A stretch of 64,000 nt of DNA from an uncultured delta proteobacterium (GTDB lineage Bacteria; Myxococcota_A; Polyangia; Palsa-1104), in assembly GCA_963785725.1 (NCBI GenBank), contig CAWAWS010000017.1, positions 1-64,000 of the forward strand, in the 5' to 3' direction. Position numbers and translations under genes: made by a program. Shown in pieces: positions 36,102 to 44,804 of the stretch; position 1 is the stretch's first letter; each line of letters opens with the position of its first letter. The notes beneath the pieces are model-generated. The model did not search any database. It had not been told where the DNA came from and was given only the letters and a program-made list of their open reading frames with translations.

Positions 36102-37048
36102 AGGTCCGCATCTGGAACGCTTACGCGTCCAACAACAGCGGCAGCTACACCATCGTCGGCCAGCTGCCGTCGCAAGCGGTTGCCGAAGCCGTCGCCGCCG
36201 AGCTGACGACGCTCATCGCCGCGCACGGCAAGTGGCTCGGCGACCCCGAGTCGCAGTCGACCGAATCGCCGCTGGCCGCGTTCTGCCGCGACAACGCGCT
36301 CTTTTGGGAGGATGGCCTCGGCTCCGGCGAGGACTGGTCCGATTCCGACGACCCGCCGCGCGTCGTCGCCGCCGGGCGCCAAGTCATCGTGCATCACCAT
36401 TATACGGTCTCGTTGCCGCCGACGTTCGGCGAGCTCTTCTACAGGCGCGGCGGTCGCGTGCAGACCGAGGAGAACCACGCGCACGCGCCCATCGTCGTCA
36501 CGGCCGAGTTCCGGTGGGGCTGGCGCGAAGCGGACAAAGCGCGACAGCAGCTGGAGCTGCCGCGGCTCATCGCGGCGTTGACCGCGGCCGACGGCCCGCT
36601 ATCGCAGCAGTTCACGGACGGCTGGCCGGCCGCTTGGCGCACCGCCGGCACGGACTGGCAAGACGCACCCTTTACGGTCGGCGCCGTCTTCAAAGATCTC
36701 GTCGCCAGTGTCGGCGCGGTGCGTGACATCGCGACGGCCTGCGGTGCGCAGCTGATGCTGCGGCTGCACGAAGCCGACGACGAAACGAGCGATCCGCTGG
36801 CCAGGCTGCGGCCGAGCACGCCGGCCGTGGCGCGCTTCGAGCTCATCCTCACGGCGGCGTCCGACCCCGATGCGGCGGCCGACTGCATCGCCGAGCGCTT
36901 GCACCTGGATTGGCAGGTCGCGCACGATCTAGTCGCCGCGCTGCCGCGAACGATCGCGCGCGGCCTGGCGGACGCGGATGCCGAGTCGACCGCGCAGGCG
37001 CTGCGCGCCGTCGGCGCCACCGTCCACGTCGCGCGCCGCGACGGCTGA
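36098..37048 (+). CDS. Uncharacterised protein: N-terminal MKVRIWNAYASNNSGSY motif, C-terminal L7/L12-CTD-like domain (316 aa)
   Basis: AAGGAG RBS and ATGA overlap with the radical SAM stop. The last ~68 aa (FELILTAA...AHDLVAALPRTIARGLADADAESTAQALRAVGATVHV) follow the L7/L12 C-terminal pattern. Confidence 0.75.
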   Translation: MKVRIWNAYASNNSGSYTIVGQLPSQAVAEAVAAELTTLIAAHGKWLGDPESQSTESPLAAFCRDNALFWEDGLGSGEDWSDSDDPPRVVAAGRQVIVHHHYTVSLPPTFGELFYRRGGRVQTEENHAHAPIVVTAEFRWGWREADKARQQLELPRLIAALTAADGPLSQQFTDGWPAAWRTAGTDWQDAPFTVGAVFKDLVASVGAVRDIATACGAQLMLRLHEADDETSDPLARLRPSTPAVARFELILTAASDPDAAADCIAERLHLDWQVAHDLVAALPRTIARGLADADAESTAQALRAVGATVHVARRDG

Positions 37049-37049
37049 G

Positions 37050-38066
37050 TCAGGACGTGGCGAGCGCGGCGATGACGACGGCGAGCGAGCGCTCGTAGCG
37101 GTGCGACGTGTTGAAGTGGCCGCCGTCGAACTCCTCGTGCGTGCATTCGATGCCGTAGCCGGCGAGCTTGCCGCGCAGCTGCCGCGTCGCCAGCTGCAGG
37201 TTGTATTCGTCGCTGAGCCCGCCGTCCAAGAACAGCGCGCGCAGCAGCTGCAACCCTTGGCGGTGGCGCGGCTCGTCGACCATCCGCACCGGATCCCACG
37301 CAAGCCAGCGCGCCCACACGTCGGGACGCACGGCCGCCGTCAATAGATGAAGCGGCAGCTCGAAGCCGACGCCGAAACCATACGGCCCCGTCGCGTTCGG
37401 CGACCAGGCGGCCGCGCAGCACAGGTGCGACATGACCTCGAACGCGGCCTGACCTTTGGACGGCTGCTCCTCGAACCAGCGCAAGAAGGCCGGCAAACCG
37501 CCGCGCCGCTCGAGCGTCAACACCGTGTGCGGCAGCTCGCGCCAATAGGAAATGTCGAAGGCGCCGTCGGCCGCGTGCGCGCCGCAGGCGGCGACGACGT
37601 CGGGCCGCTGCATGGCCATGACGAGCGCGCCGTAGCCGCCCGACGACTTGCCGACGACGCCGCGGCCGTCGCGCGTGGGAATCGTGCGAAAGCGCGCGTC
37701 GGCGAAGGCGAAGAGCTCGTCGGCGAGGTAGCTTTGGTAGCGGCCGATCGCCGGCGAGTCGACGTATTGCGAGCCGCCGTAGCGCGTGAAGCAGTCGGGC
37801 AGGATCAAGATCGCCTCGCCGATGCGGCCGGCGCGCATGGCGTCGCCGAGCCGCTGCGGCAGCGGCGTCGTCCAGGCGCTGCGGTTGAGCGCCAGCGACC
37901 AGCCGTTGCCGCCGAAGCCGGCCAAGAGCTGCACCACCGGATAGCGCCGCGCCGGCGACGCCTCGTACGACGGCGGCAAGAGCGCGATGACCTCGCGCCG
38001 CGCCGGATCGCCGAGCGGATTGTCGGCCAGTAAGCGGCTCTCGTGCGTGCACATCTCGACGCGCAT
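37050..38066 (-). CDS. Alpha/beta-hydrolase esterase (enterochelin-esterase-like)
   Basis: NPLGDP, LPPSY, RYPV, nucleophile elbow GKSSGG, EEFDGGH. Confidence 0.85.
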   Translation of the reverse strand: MRVEMCTHESRLLADNPLGDPARREVIALLPPSYEASPARRYPVVQLLAGFGGNGWSLALNRSAWTTPLPQRLGDAMRAGRIGEAILILPDCFTRYGGSQYVDSPAIGRYQSYLADELFAFADARFRTIPTRDGRGVVGKSSGGYGALVMAMQRPDVVAACGAHAADGAFDISYWRELPHTVLTLERRGGLPAFLRWFEEQPSKGQAAFEVMSHLCCAAAWSPNATGPYGFGVGFELPLHLLTAAVRPDVWARWLAWDPVRMVDEPRHRQGLQLLRALFLDGGLSDEYNLQLATRQLRGKLAGYGIECTHEEFDGGHFNTSHRYERSLAVVIAALATS

Positions 38067-38093
38067 GCGCCGAACGCTAGCACGCAGCAGGCG

Positions 38094-39110
38094 TTACAAG
38101 AGCGGCACCGGCGTGGCGCCGATCTTCAGCTCTTTGCACAGGCGCGCCACCAGCTCGTCGTAGACGGACTTGAGGCCGCTCTCGTCGCGCACCTCGGCGA
38201 ACATGCGGCCGCCGGCGATCATGCCGTGGCCGCCGGCGGCGCCGTTGCTGCCGACGACGCGCCGCATGAGCGCGCCCGCCGTCGCGTTGGTGATGTCGGT
38301 GCGCGCCGACAAGAACACGGTCCCGTGATGCTGCCCGACGCACAAGACCCAGTGCGCCTTCTCGTAGGGCAGCATCAAGTCGGCCACTTCGGCGACCAGA
38401 TCGGGATAGCTCAGCTGCCCCAAGTTGATGGCCAAGAGCTCGCCCCACACGACGGCGGAGCGCAGCGCGCGATCGAGCGCCACGAAGTGCTCGCGCCCGA
38501 GCTTGGGATTGACGATCTCGTACAGCTTCTCGAAGTCGGCGATGCCCGACAGCTCGACGTAGGCCGCGCGCTCGTCGGGCCCCGATTCGCGGCCGAGATC
38601 GCGCGTCTCCGACTTGAGCGCGTACAAGAACGCCGTCGCCAAGTTGCTGTCGACGCTGATGCCGCGCTCGCGCAGGTAGCCGTGCACGATGGTCGCCGTC
38701 GCGCCCATCTCGGTGCGGATGTCGAGCCACGGAATCGGCGGCAGATCGACGCGCGGCGGGTGATGATCGATGACGATGTCGGCGTTGCGCGCCTGCGGCA
38801 GCGAGTTGTTGCCGGTGCCCGGCTGCGTGTCGACCATGGCGATGGCCGAGTGCGCGCTCCAGTCGAGCTTGTCCATCGGCGTCAGATCGATCTTCAGCTC
38901 GCGGACCATGGCGCGGTTCTCGGCGCGTCCGATGATGCCGCCGAGCGCGATCGTCGCGCCCGCCATGCCCTCGTGCTCGAACAGCCGCTTCAATCCCAGC
39001 GCCGCCGCGAGCGAGTCGGGATCGGGGTTGTCGTGCGTCAAAATTGCGACGCGACCGTCCGCCGCACGCTGCTTGAGCGCCGCCAGGGATCGCGCGAGGT
39101 CGAAGCCCAT
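38094..39110 (-). CDS. DHH/DHHA1 phosphoesterase (NrnA-like, 338 aa)
   Basis: THDNPDPDS, VDT, IDHH, GATAT, AGGHGMIAGG. Confidence 0.9.
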   Translation of the reverse strand: MGFDLARSLAALKQRAADGRVAILTHDNPDPDSLAAALGLKRLFEHEGMAGATIALGGIIGRAENRAMVRELKIDLTPMDKLDWSAHSAIAMVDTQPGTGNNSLPQARNADIVIDHHPPRVDLPPIPWLDIRTEMGATATIVHGYLRERGISVDSNLATAFLYALKSETRDLGRESGPDERAAYVELSGIADFEKLYEIVNPKLGREHFVALDRALRSAVVWGELLAINLGQLSYPDLVAEVADLMLPYEKAHWVLCVGQHHGTVFLSARTDITNATAGALMRRVVGSNGAAGGHGMIAGGRMFAEVRDESGLKSVYDELVARLCKELKIGATPVPLL

Positions 39111-39257
39111 AGACAATCGAACGTAACGCGTTTGTCGACGGTACACAACCCGTCGCCCACGCTAGTCGGCAAGCGCAAACACGAGTGTAGGAAGCGAGGC
39201 TGGACGAGCGAGCGCCCCAAGTGCGCGTCGTTGGCGAGGATGTAACGGCGAGGCTGT

Positions 39258-40223
39258 TTAGCGGTGGACGACTTCGAGCGGCACGTGCAAGGTCGCCAGC
39301 GCGGCGCCGGTGTTGGCGTCATGCACGTCCCAGCTCAGGTCGAGATCGCCTTGGTGGGCGCCGGTCGCTCGCTTGAAGTACAGAAAGCCGCTCACACGCG
39401 CGCCGGGCGGCAACACGCCCTCGGGCAGGCCGAGCGACAGCACGTCCATCGACGGACGCGCCGGATAGTACGACGGACCCCAATACGTGACCCAGTCGCC
39501 GTAATAGGGCGGGTAGAACCACGGGCCGCCCCAGTAGCCGAGACCGCCGCCGTAGTAGCCGCGCAGACCGCCGTAGGCGCGGAAGCCGACCCAGCCGCCG
39601 CCGTAGTAGCCGTAGCCGCCGTAATGACGACCGAGCGGCGCGACGCCCACGCCGACGCTGACACCGGCGCGCGGCGGCAAGATCGCCGGCCGGCCGACGC
39701 CGGGCGGACCGACGCGCACGCCGCTCGGACGCACGGCCGCGCCGCCGTAACCGCCGCGATAGCCGCCGCCGCCGCGATAGCCGCCACCGCCATGACCGCC
39801 GCCGCCGCCGAAATGCGCGGCGTAAAGGACCGGCCCGTTCGACGCCAGCAGCACCGGCTTGGCCGGCAGCGCGCCCGTGTCGTCGGACTGCGAGACCGGC
39901 ACTTCGCCTTCCTGCGGCAGGAACGGATTGATCGCGCCGTAACGGAAGCCGCTCGCGTCGCGCAGCGCCAGGTCGGCGTACGTCACGCGCACTTCGTTGG
40001 GGCCTGGATTATAGAGCTCGATGGCGATGGGCGTGACGTAGTCGGCCAGATCGTCGGGGTTGGATTCCCACTGATTGGCGAACGCCACGATGGTGACGCC
40101 GTTGACCTGCGCGACGGCGCGATCGCTGCCGCCGCGGGGAACGACCGCGTACTCGGCGGCACAGCCGGCGAGCATGATGCAACCGCACAATAAACTGGAA
40201 GCTAAGCGAATGGGGTGACGCAT
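39258..40223 (-). CDS. Hypothetical lipoprotein with Gly/Tyr/Arg-rich internal segment (321 aa)
   Basis: Lipobox LAGC; a beta-sandwich-like domain (IELYNPGPNEVRV...LPEGVLPPGARVSGFLYF) split by GGGYRGGG low-complexity sequence. Confidence 0.75.
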   Translation of the reverse strand: MRHPIRLASSLLCGCIMLAGCAAEYAVVPRGGSDRAVAQVNGVTIVAFANQWESNPDDLADYVTPIAIELYNPGPNEVRVTYADLALRDASGFRYGAINPFLPQEGEVPVSQSDDTGALPAKPVLLASNGPVLYAAHFGGGGGHGGGGYRGGGGYRGGYGGAAVRPSGVRVGPPGVGRPAILPPRAGVSVGVGVAPLGRHYGGYGYYGGGWVGFRAYGGLRGYYGGGLGYWGGPWFYPPYYGDWVTYWGPSYYPARPSMDVLSLGLPEGVLPPGARVSGFLYFKRATGAHQGDLDLSWDVHDANTGAALATLHVPLEVVHR

Positions 40224-40278
40224 GCGCAACCTCTCGGCCGATAGGTTCAATGTGGGCATGTCGCAGCTTTAAATCAAG

Positions 40279-43200
40279 TCACGCCCGCAGGTCGGGCTCG
40301 TCGAGCCCCGCTTTACGCGCAGCGGCAACGATGTCGCGCGCGGGCGGCGCGCCCAAGTAGCGGGTTCGCCAGCCTTCGTCGCGCAGGCGCCGCGCCTTGC
40401 GCACGACCTCGGCGTGGGCGCGCCGCAGCGCCTCGTGCGCGACCGACGTGGCGCCGGCGGCTTTGGCGGCGCGGGCGTGGATGAACAGCACCTCTTCGGG
40501 CGTGTCGACGTCGCGGCCGGAGTCGAACAGCGTGACCGCCTGCGTCGAACGCGACAGCGCCTCTTGATGCCGGCCGGCGCGACCGAGCGCCAACGCCTCG
40601 GCGCACAAGCCGTAGACCTCGCCGTTGGCGATCTCGGCCTCGCGCGCCAAGCGCGTCGCCGACTGCGCCAACTCGAGCGCCGCTTCGGGCGCGCCGCCGC
40701 GCTCCAGCCGGCAGAACGCCAAGTAGACGAGCGCGCGAATCTCCTGATAGCGATTGCGCGTCTCCGACGCCAACTCGAGGCCGCGCTCGAGCTGCTCGTC
40801 GGCCTCGCCGACCTTGCCTTCGCGCAAGGAGACCTGCGCCAACGAGATGAGCGCGTCGGCGAGACCGGGCTGATCGGCGAGCGCGGTGTGGATCTCGATC
40901 GCCTTCTCGAGATAGCGGCGCGCACGCTCGAAGTCGCCGAGCTCGGCGTAGGTCTGCCCGATGTTGCCGAGCTTGACGCCGATTCCCGCGCGATCGCCGA
41001 GCTCCTGCGCCAGCCGCAGCGAGCGCTTGTAGTGGCCGAGCGCCTCTTCATGCTCGCCCAGCCCGACGAAGACCCACCCCATGTTATTCAACGTCGCCGC
41101 TTCATAACGACGCGCGCTCAGCCGGCGATAGATGACGAGCGCCTCGGCATACGACGACACCGACTCGCGCAGGTGGCCGGTGTGCACGTGCACGTTGCCG
41201 ACCGCGTTCAAGGCCTGCGCGCGCGCCAGCAGCTGATCGCGTGCCGAATTCGTCGCGCTCTCCGACGGCGTGCCGAGGACGTGCAGCGCCGAGAGCGCCA
41301 CCTCCAAGGCCTCGATGTTCTTGCCGACGTTCATGAGCAGCGTGGCCAAGAGGCGCAGCGCTTCGGACTCGCACAGCACGTCTTCGGCTTGGCGCGCCAG
41401 GGCCAGCGCGCGGTCGAGCTCGCGACGCGCGGCGGCGTGGCGGCCGATGTCGAGGTAGAGCAGGCCGAGGCGCGCGAACGCCTGCGACTCGCGGCGGCGG
41501 CCCTCTTTGCCCGGCGTCGCGGCGGCGTGCTTGCGCATGTAGTGCACTTCGCGCAACTGCGCCGGCCGCTTGCCCCAGCCGCGCAAGATCTGCTCGCGCT
41601 CGCCGTGCGCGTCGTAGCGCTCGTCGTGCGCGTCGGCGGGCAACAGCTCGAGCGCGCGCGACAAGAGGGTGAAGGCGTCGGCGTTGCTGGCGTTGTCGCG
41701 CGCGTAGGCGCCGGCCGAGACGAGCGCGCGGCCGGCACCGGTGCGATCGCCCGCCGCCAGCAAGTGTTCGCCCATGCGCGCGTCGTCGCCGCCGGCGCGA
41801 TAAGCGGCCGAGCGGCGCAGGCGATCGGCGGCGACCGAATGCAAGAGCGCGCGCGTGTCGGCCGGCAAGCCCTCGTAGGCGACCTCTTTGGTGATGAGGT
41901 TGCGGAAGCTGTAGGCGCCGGGACCGCGGCCGAAGACGTCGCTGCGCGCCGACGCCGGCGCGATGAGCCCGCGTGCCGCCAGCCGGACGAGCGCGCGGGT
42001 CAGCCGCTCGGGTGGACCGCCGCCGGTCAACGCTTGCAGATCCTCGACGCGGAAGATGCGGCCGAGGAGCGCGGCGCGGCGAATGGTGTCGCGCTCGTCG
42101 TCGGGCAGCCGATCGAGCCGCGCGGCCACGACCGCCTCCACCGTCGTCGGAATGAGCAAGAGCTCGTCGCGCTTGACCCAACGCAACAGGCCATCGACGT
42201 TCGGCTGCAAGGTGCCGCGCTCGACCAGCGAATCGACCATCTCGTTGATGTAGAACGGGTTGCCGCCGGCGCGATCGAGGATCTGCGTGCCCAGGGCGTG
42301 CGCGTCGGCGGGATCGGCGAAGCGGCTGCGCACCAGCTCCTCGCGCTCGCGCAGCCCCAGCTCGCCGACCAGGATCGTCATCACCTTGTCGGTCTGCGAC
42401 AGCTGATCGGTGCGCTCGTCGTGCCGCGCGGTCGCGATGCCGAGCAGCGGCCGCTCGATCGGATCGCGCACCAGCTGCACCAAGATCTCGAACGACTGCG
42501 AGTCCGCTTGGTGCATGTCCTCGACGACGACGACGAGCACGCGCTCTTCCGCCAGCCGCGTCTGCAGCTTGCGCAAGGCCGCGTACAGCCGATGGCGCCG
42601 CTCTTGCGGATCGAGCTCCTCGGCGCCCGACGCGCGCAGACCGAGCAGCGCGCCCAACGCCTCCGACACTTGCCGCGCGTCGCGCTCTTCGGCCGGCGTC
42701 GTGGCCGGGAACAGCCGCTGCACCGTCGTGTCGATGCGCTTCTTGACCTCGCGCGGCTCGGCCTCCTCGGTCAGCTCGAAGAGGTCGCGCGTCAGATCGG
42801 CGACGAGCGCGTAAGGCGTATCGCGCAGCGACGGCCGGCCGACGGCGCGCAAGATGAGGTGCGTCGTGCGATCGAGCTTGTTGCGGAAGGCGTCGACGAT
42901 GGTGGCCTTGCCGACGCCACCGTCGCCGAGGAGCAGCACGTAGCGAGCGCGGCGCTGCTCGACGACCGCGCGGTGCGCGTCGCCGAGCGCCGCCAGCTCC
43001 AAGTCGCGCCCGAGGACGCGGCGCACGCCGGCGTGATCGGCGAGCCGCTCGGCGCGCGGTCGCGGTCCGCGCAGGCGGTACACTTTGGCGCGTCCCGGTC
43101 CGGCCGGCTCGAGGTCGTTGTCGCGTCCGGCGCCGGTGTCGAGATCGGGCGGCAGCGTGATCGCGTCCAGCTGCTCGAAGTTCCAATCGGCGCGCGCGCC

Positions 43201-44769
43201 GCGAAAGCAGCCGCCCGACACGAGGATCTCGCCGCCCATGGCCTCGTTCGCCAGCCGCTGCGCCACCTGCGCCGTTTGGCCGAGCAGCTCGTACTGAAAG
43301 CGCGCCGCGTCCGAGCCTTCGGCGCCGCGCGTGACCAGCGCCGTGCCGCGCGACAGGCCCAGCGCCAGCGTCAACGGCGGCGTCAGATCGCGCGAGATGC
43401 CGTCGAGCGCGTCGATGAGCGCGCGCGCCAGCTCGACCGCGCGCGCCGCGTCGTCCTCGGTGCCGACCGGCAGGCCGATGACGTAGGTGAAGCCGCGATC
43501 GTCGAGCCGATCGGGATGCGCCTGATGCTTGTAGGCGACGTGCTCGGTCACGCGGAGAAAGTCGAGCAAGGCTTCGCGGGCGCGCGCCTCGCCCATGTTG
43601 CGCCGCAAGGTCGGCAGGCCCGCGAGCACGCCTTCGACGACGAGCACCGGCTTGCGCTCGGCCGGCTGCATGAGCTGGTCGCGTGCGCCGGCGCTGGGCC
43701 CGGTCTTGCCGATCGTCGGTCGCGCCTGCCGCGTCGGCGTCGGCGTCGCCACGGCCACGCGCTGGGCGGCCGGCGAATCGGGCGCCGTCATGAGGCCGTG
43801 CGGCAGCGCCGGCCCGTTGCGCTCGGCCTCGGGGATGACGAGCGCCAAGAACGACGCCATCGTCCCCGACTCGTAGATCTGCCCATCCTTCGACGACAGC
43901 GCGAAGAAGAATTGACCGAGCGCCCGATGCAGATCGCGCGCCGTCTGATAGCGATCGTCCGGCTTACGCTGTAAGCACTTGAGGATGATCGCCTCCAGCT
44001 CGCTCGGGATCGCCGGATCGACCTCGCTCGGCTTCGGCACCTGCGCGTTCTTGATGGCGTTGATCGCCTGCCGGCCCTTCAAGTTGCCGAAGAGGCTGCG
44101 CGCGCAGCACAGCTCCCACAGGACGATCCCCGTCGAGAAGATGTCGGCGCGCGGATCGACGGGCAGCCCTTGCGCCTGCTCCGGCGACATATAGGCGAAC
44201 TTGCCTTTGACGACGCCTTCTTCCTCTTTGACGTGGCGAGCGCGGGCGATGCCGAAGTCGACGATCTTGACCATCCCGTCCCACGAGACGATCACGTTCT
44301 GCGGCGAGACGTCGCGATGGACGATGCCGAAGGGCTCGCCGTATTCGTCGGTCTTGCGGTGCGCGTAGTCGAGCCCTTTGGCGACCTGCTGCGCGAGATA
44401 GGCGCACAAACCGAACGGAATACGCGCGTTGGCCTCGACGGCGGCGTTGAGGACGCGCAAGAGATCGACGCCCTCGACGTGCTCCATGGCCAAGAAATAG
44501 GTCGGTCCGATTTGGCCATAACCGAACGTCTGCACGATGTTCGGATGGTTCAAATTGACGGCGACCTTGGCCTCGTCCTCGAACATCTGGCGGAACTGCG
44601 GCGTCTCCGCCAGCGACGGATGGATCTTCTTGATGACGAGGATCTTGGCCAGGCCCTGCGCCAACGGCTCGCGGGCCAGGAAGAGCTCGGCCATGCCGCC
44701 GGCGCCTAGGCGACGAATCAGCTGATATTTTCCGAAGGTGTCCACGGTCGCGGTTAACGTAATTGGCAA
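40279..44769 (-). CDS. Ser/Thr kinase - degenerate class III cyclase-like domain - AAA/STAND NTPase - TPR protein
   Basis: GAGGMA, HRDVSPQN, DFG, GKFAYMSPE; GTEDDAARAV...LGQTAQVAQRL; GRDLEL, Walker A GDGGVGKAT, Walker B VVVVED, GGNPFY, ARLDRL; C-terminal TPRs. Start may be GTG near 44743. Confidence 0.9.
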   Translation of the reverse strand: MPITLTATVDTFGKYQLIRRLGAGGMAELFLAREPLAQGLAKILVIKKIHPSLAETPQFRQMFEDEAKVAVNLNHPNIVQTFGYGQIGPTYFLAMEHVEGVDLLRVLNAAVEANARIPFGLCAYLAQQVAKGLDYAHRKTDEYGEPFGIVHRDVSPQNVIVSWDGMVKIVDFGIARARHVKEEEGVVKGKFAYMSPEQAQGLPVDPRADIFSTGIVLWELCCARSLFGNLKGRQAINAIKNAQVPKPSEVDPAIPSELEAIILKCLQRKPDDRYQTARDLHRALGQFFFALSSKDGQIYESGTMASFLALVIPEAERNGPALPHGLMTAPDSPAAQRVAVATPTPTRQARPTIGKTGPSAGARDQLMQPAERKPVLVVEGVLAGLPTLRRNMGEARAREALLDFLRVTEHVAYKHQAHPDRLDDRGFTYVIGLPVGTEDDAARAVELARALIDALDGISRDLTPPLTLALGLSRGTALVTRGAEGSDAARFQYELLGQTAQVAQRLANEAMGGEILVSGGCFRGARADWNFEQLDAITLPPDLDTGAGRDNDLEPAGPGRAKVYRLRGPRPRAERLADHAGVRRVLGRDLELAALGDAHRAVVEQRRARYVLLLGDGGVGKATIVDAFRNKLDRTTHLILRAVGRPSLRDTPYALVADLTRDLFELTEEAEPREVKKRIDTTVQRLFPATTPAEERDARQVSEALGALLGLRASGAEELDPQERRHRLYAALRKLQTRLAEERVLVVVVEDMHQADSQSFEILVQLVRDPIERPLLGIATARHDERTDQLSQTDKVMTILVGELGLREREELVRSRFADPADAHALGTQILDRAGGNPFYINEMVDSLVERGTLQPNVDGLLRWVKRDELLLIPTTVEAVVAARLDRLPDDERDTIRRAALLGRIFRVEDLQALTGGGPPERLTRALVRLAARGLIAPASARSDVFGRGPGAYSFRNLITKEVAYEGLPADTRALLHSVAADRLRRSAAYRAGGDDARMGEHLLAAGDRTGAGRALVSAGAYARDNASNADAFTLLSRALELLPADAHDERYDAHGEREQILRGWGKRPAQLREVHYMRKHAAATPGKEGRRRESQAFARLGLLYLDIGRHAAARRELDRALALARQAEDVLCESEALRLLATLLMNVGKNIEALEVALSALHVLGTPSESATNSARDQLLARAQALNAVGNVHVHTGHLRESVSSYAEALVIYRRLSARRYEAATLNNMGWVFVGLGEHEEALGHYKRSLRLAQELGDRAGIGVKLGNIGQTYAELGDFERARRYLEKAIEIHTALADQPGLADALISLAQVSLREGKVGEADEQLERGLELASETRNRYQEIRALVYLAFCRLERGGAPEAALELAQSATRLAREAEIANGEVYGLCAEALALGRAGRHQEALSRSTQAVTLFDSGRDVDTPEEVLFIHARAAKAAGATSVAHEALRRAHAEVVRKARRLRDEGWRTRYLGAPPARDIVAAARKAGLDEPDLRA

Positions 44770-44804
44770 TCGTAGCTCAACGAGACGGTCAAAGGGGATA
44801 GCAC

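Noticed and set aside
36840..37048. True ribosomal protein gene rplL
   Set aside because: Only a diverged C-terminal-like domain, lacking the Lys-rich KIxVIK motif, fused to an unrelated protein and outside a ribosomal operon.
40414..43974. 1186-aa plus-strand ORF
   Set aside because: Antisense shadow of the kinase-STAND-TPR gene.
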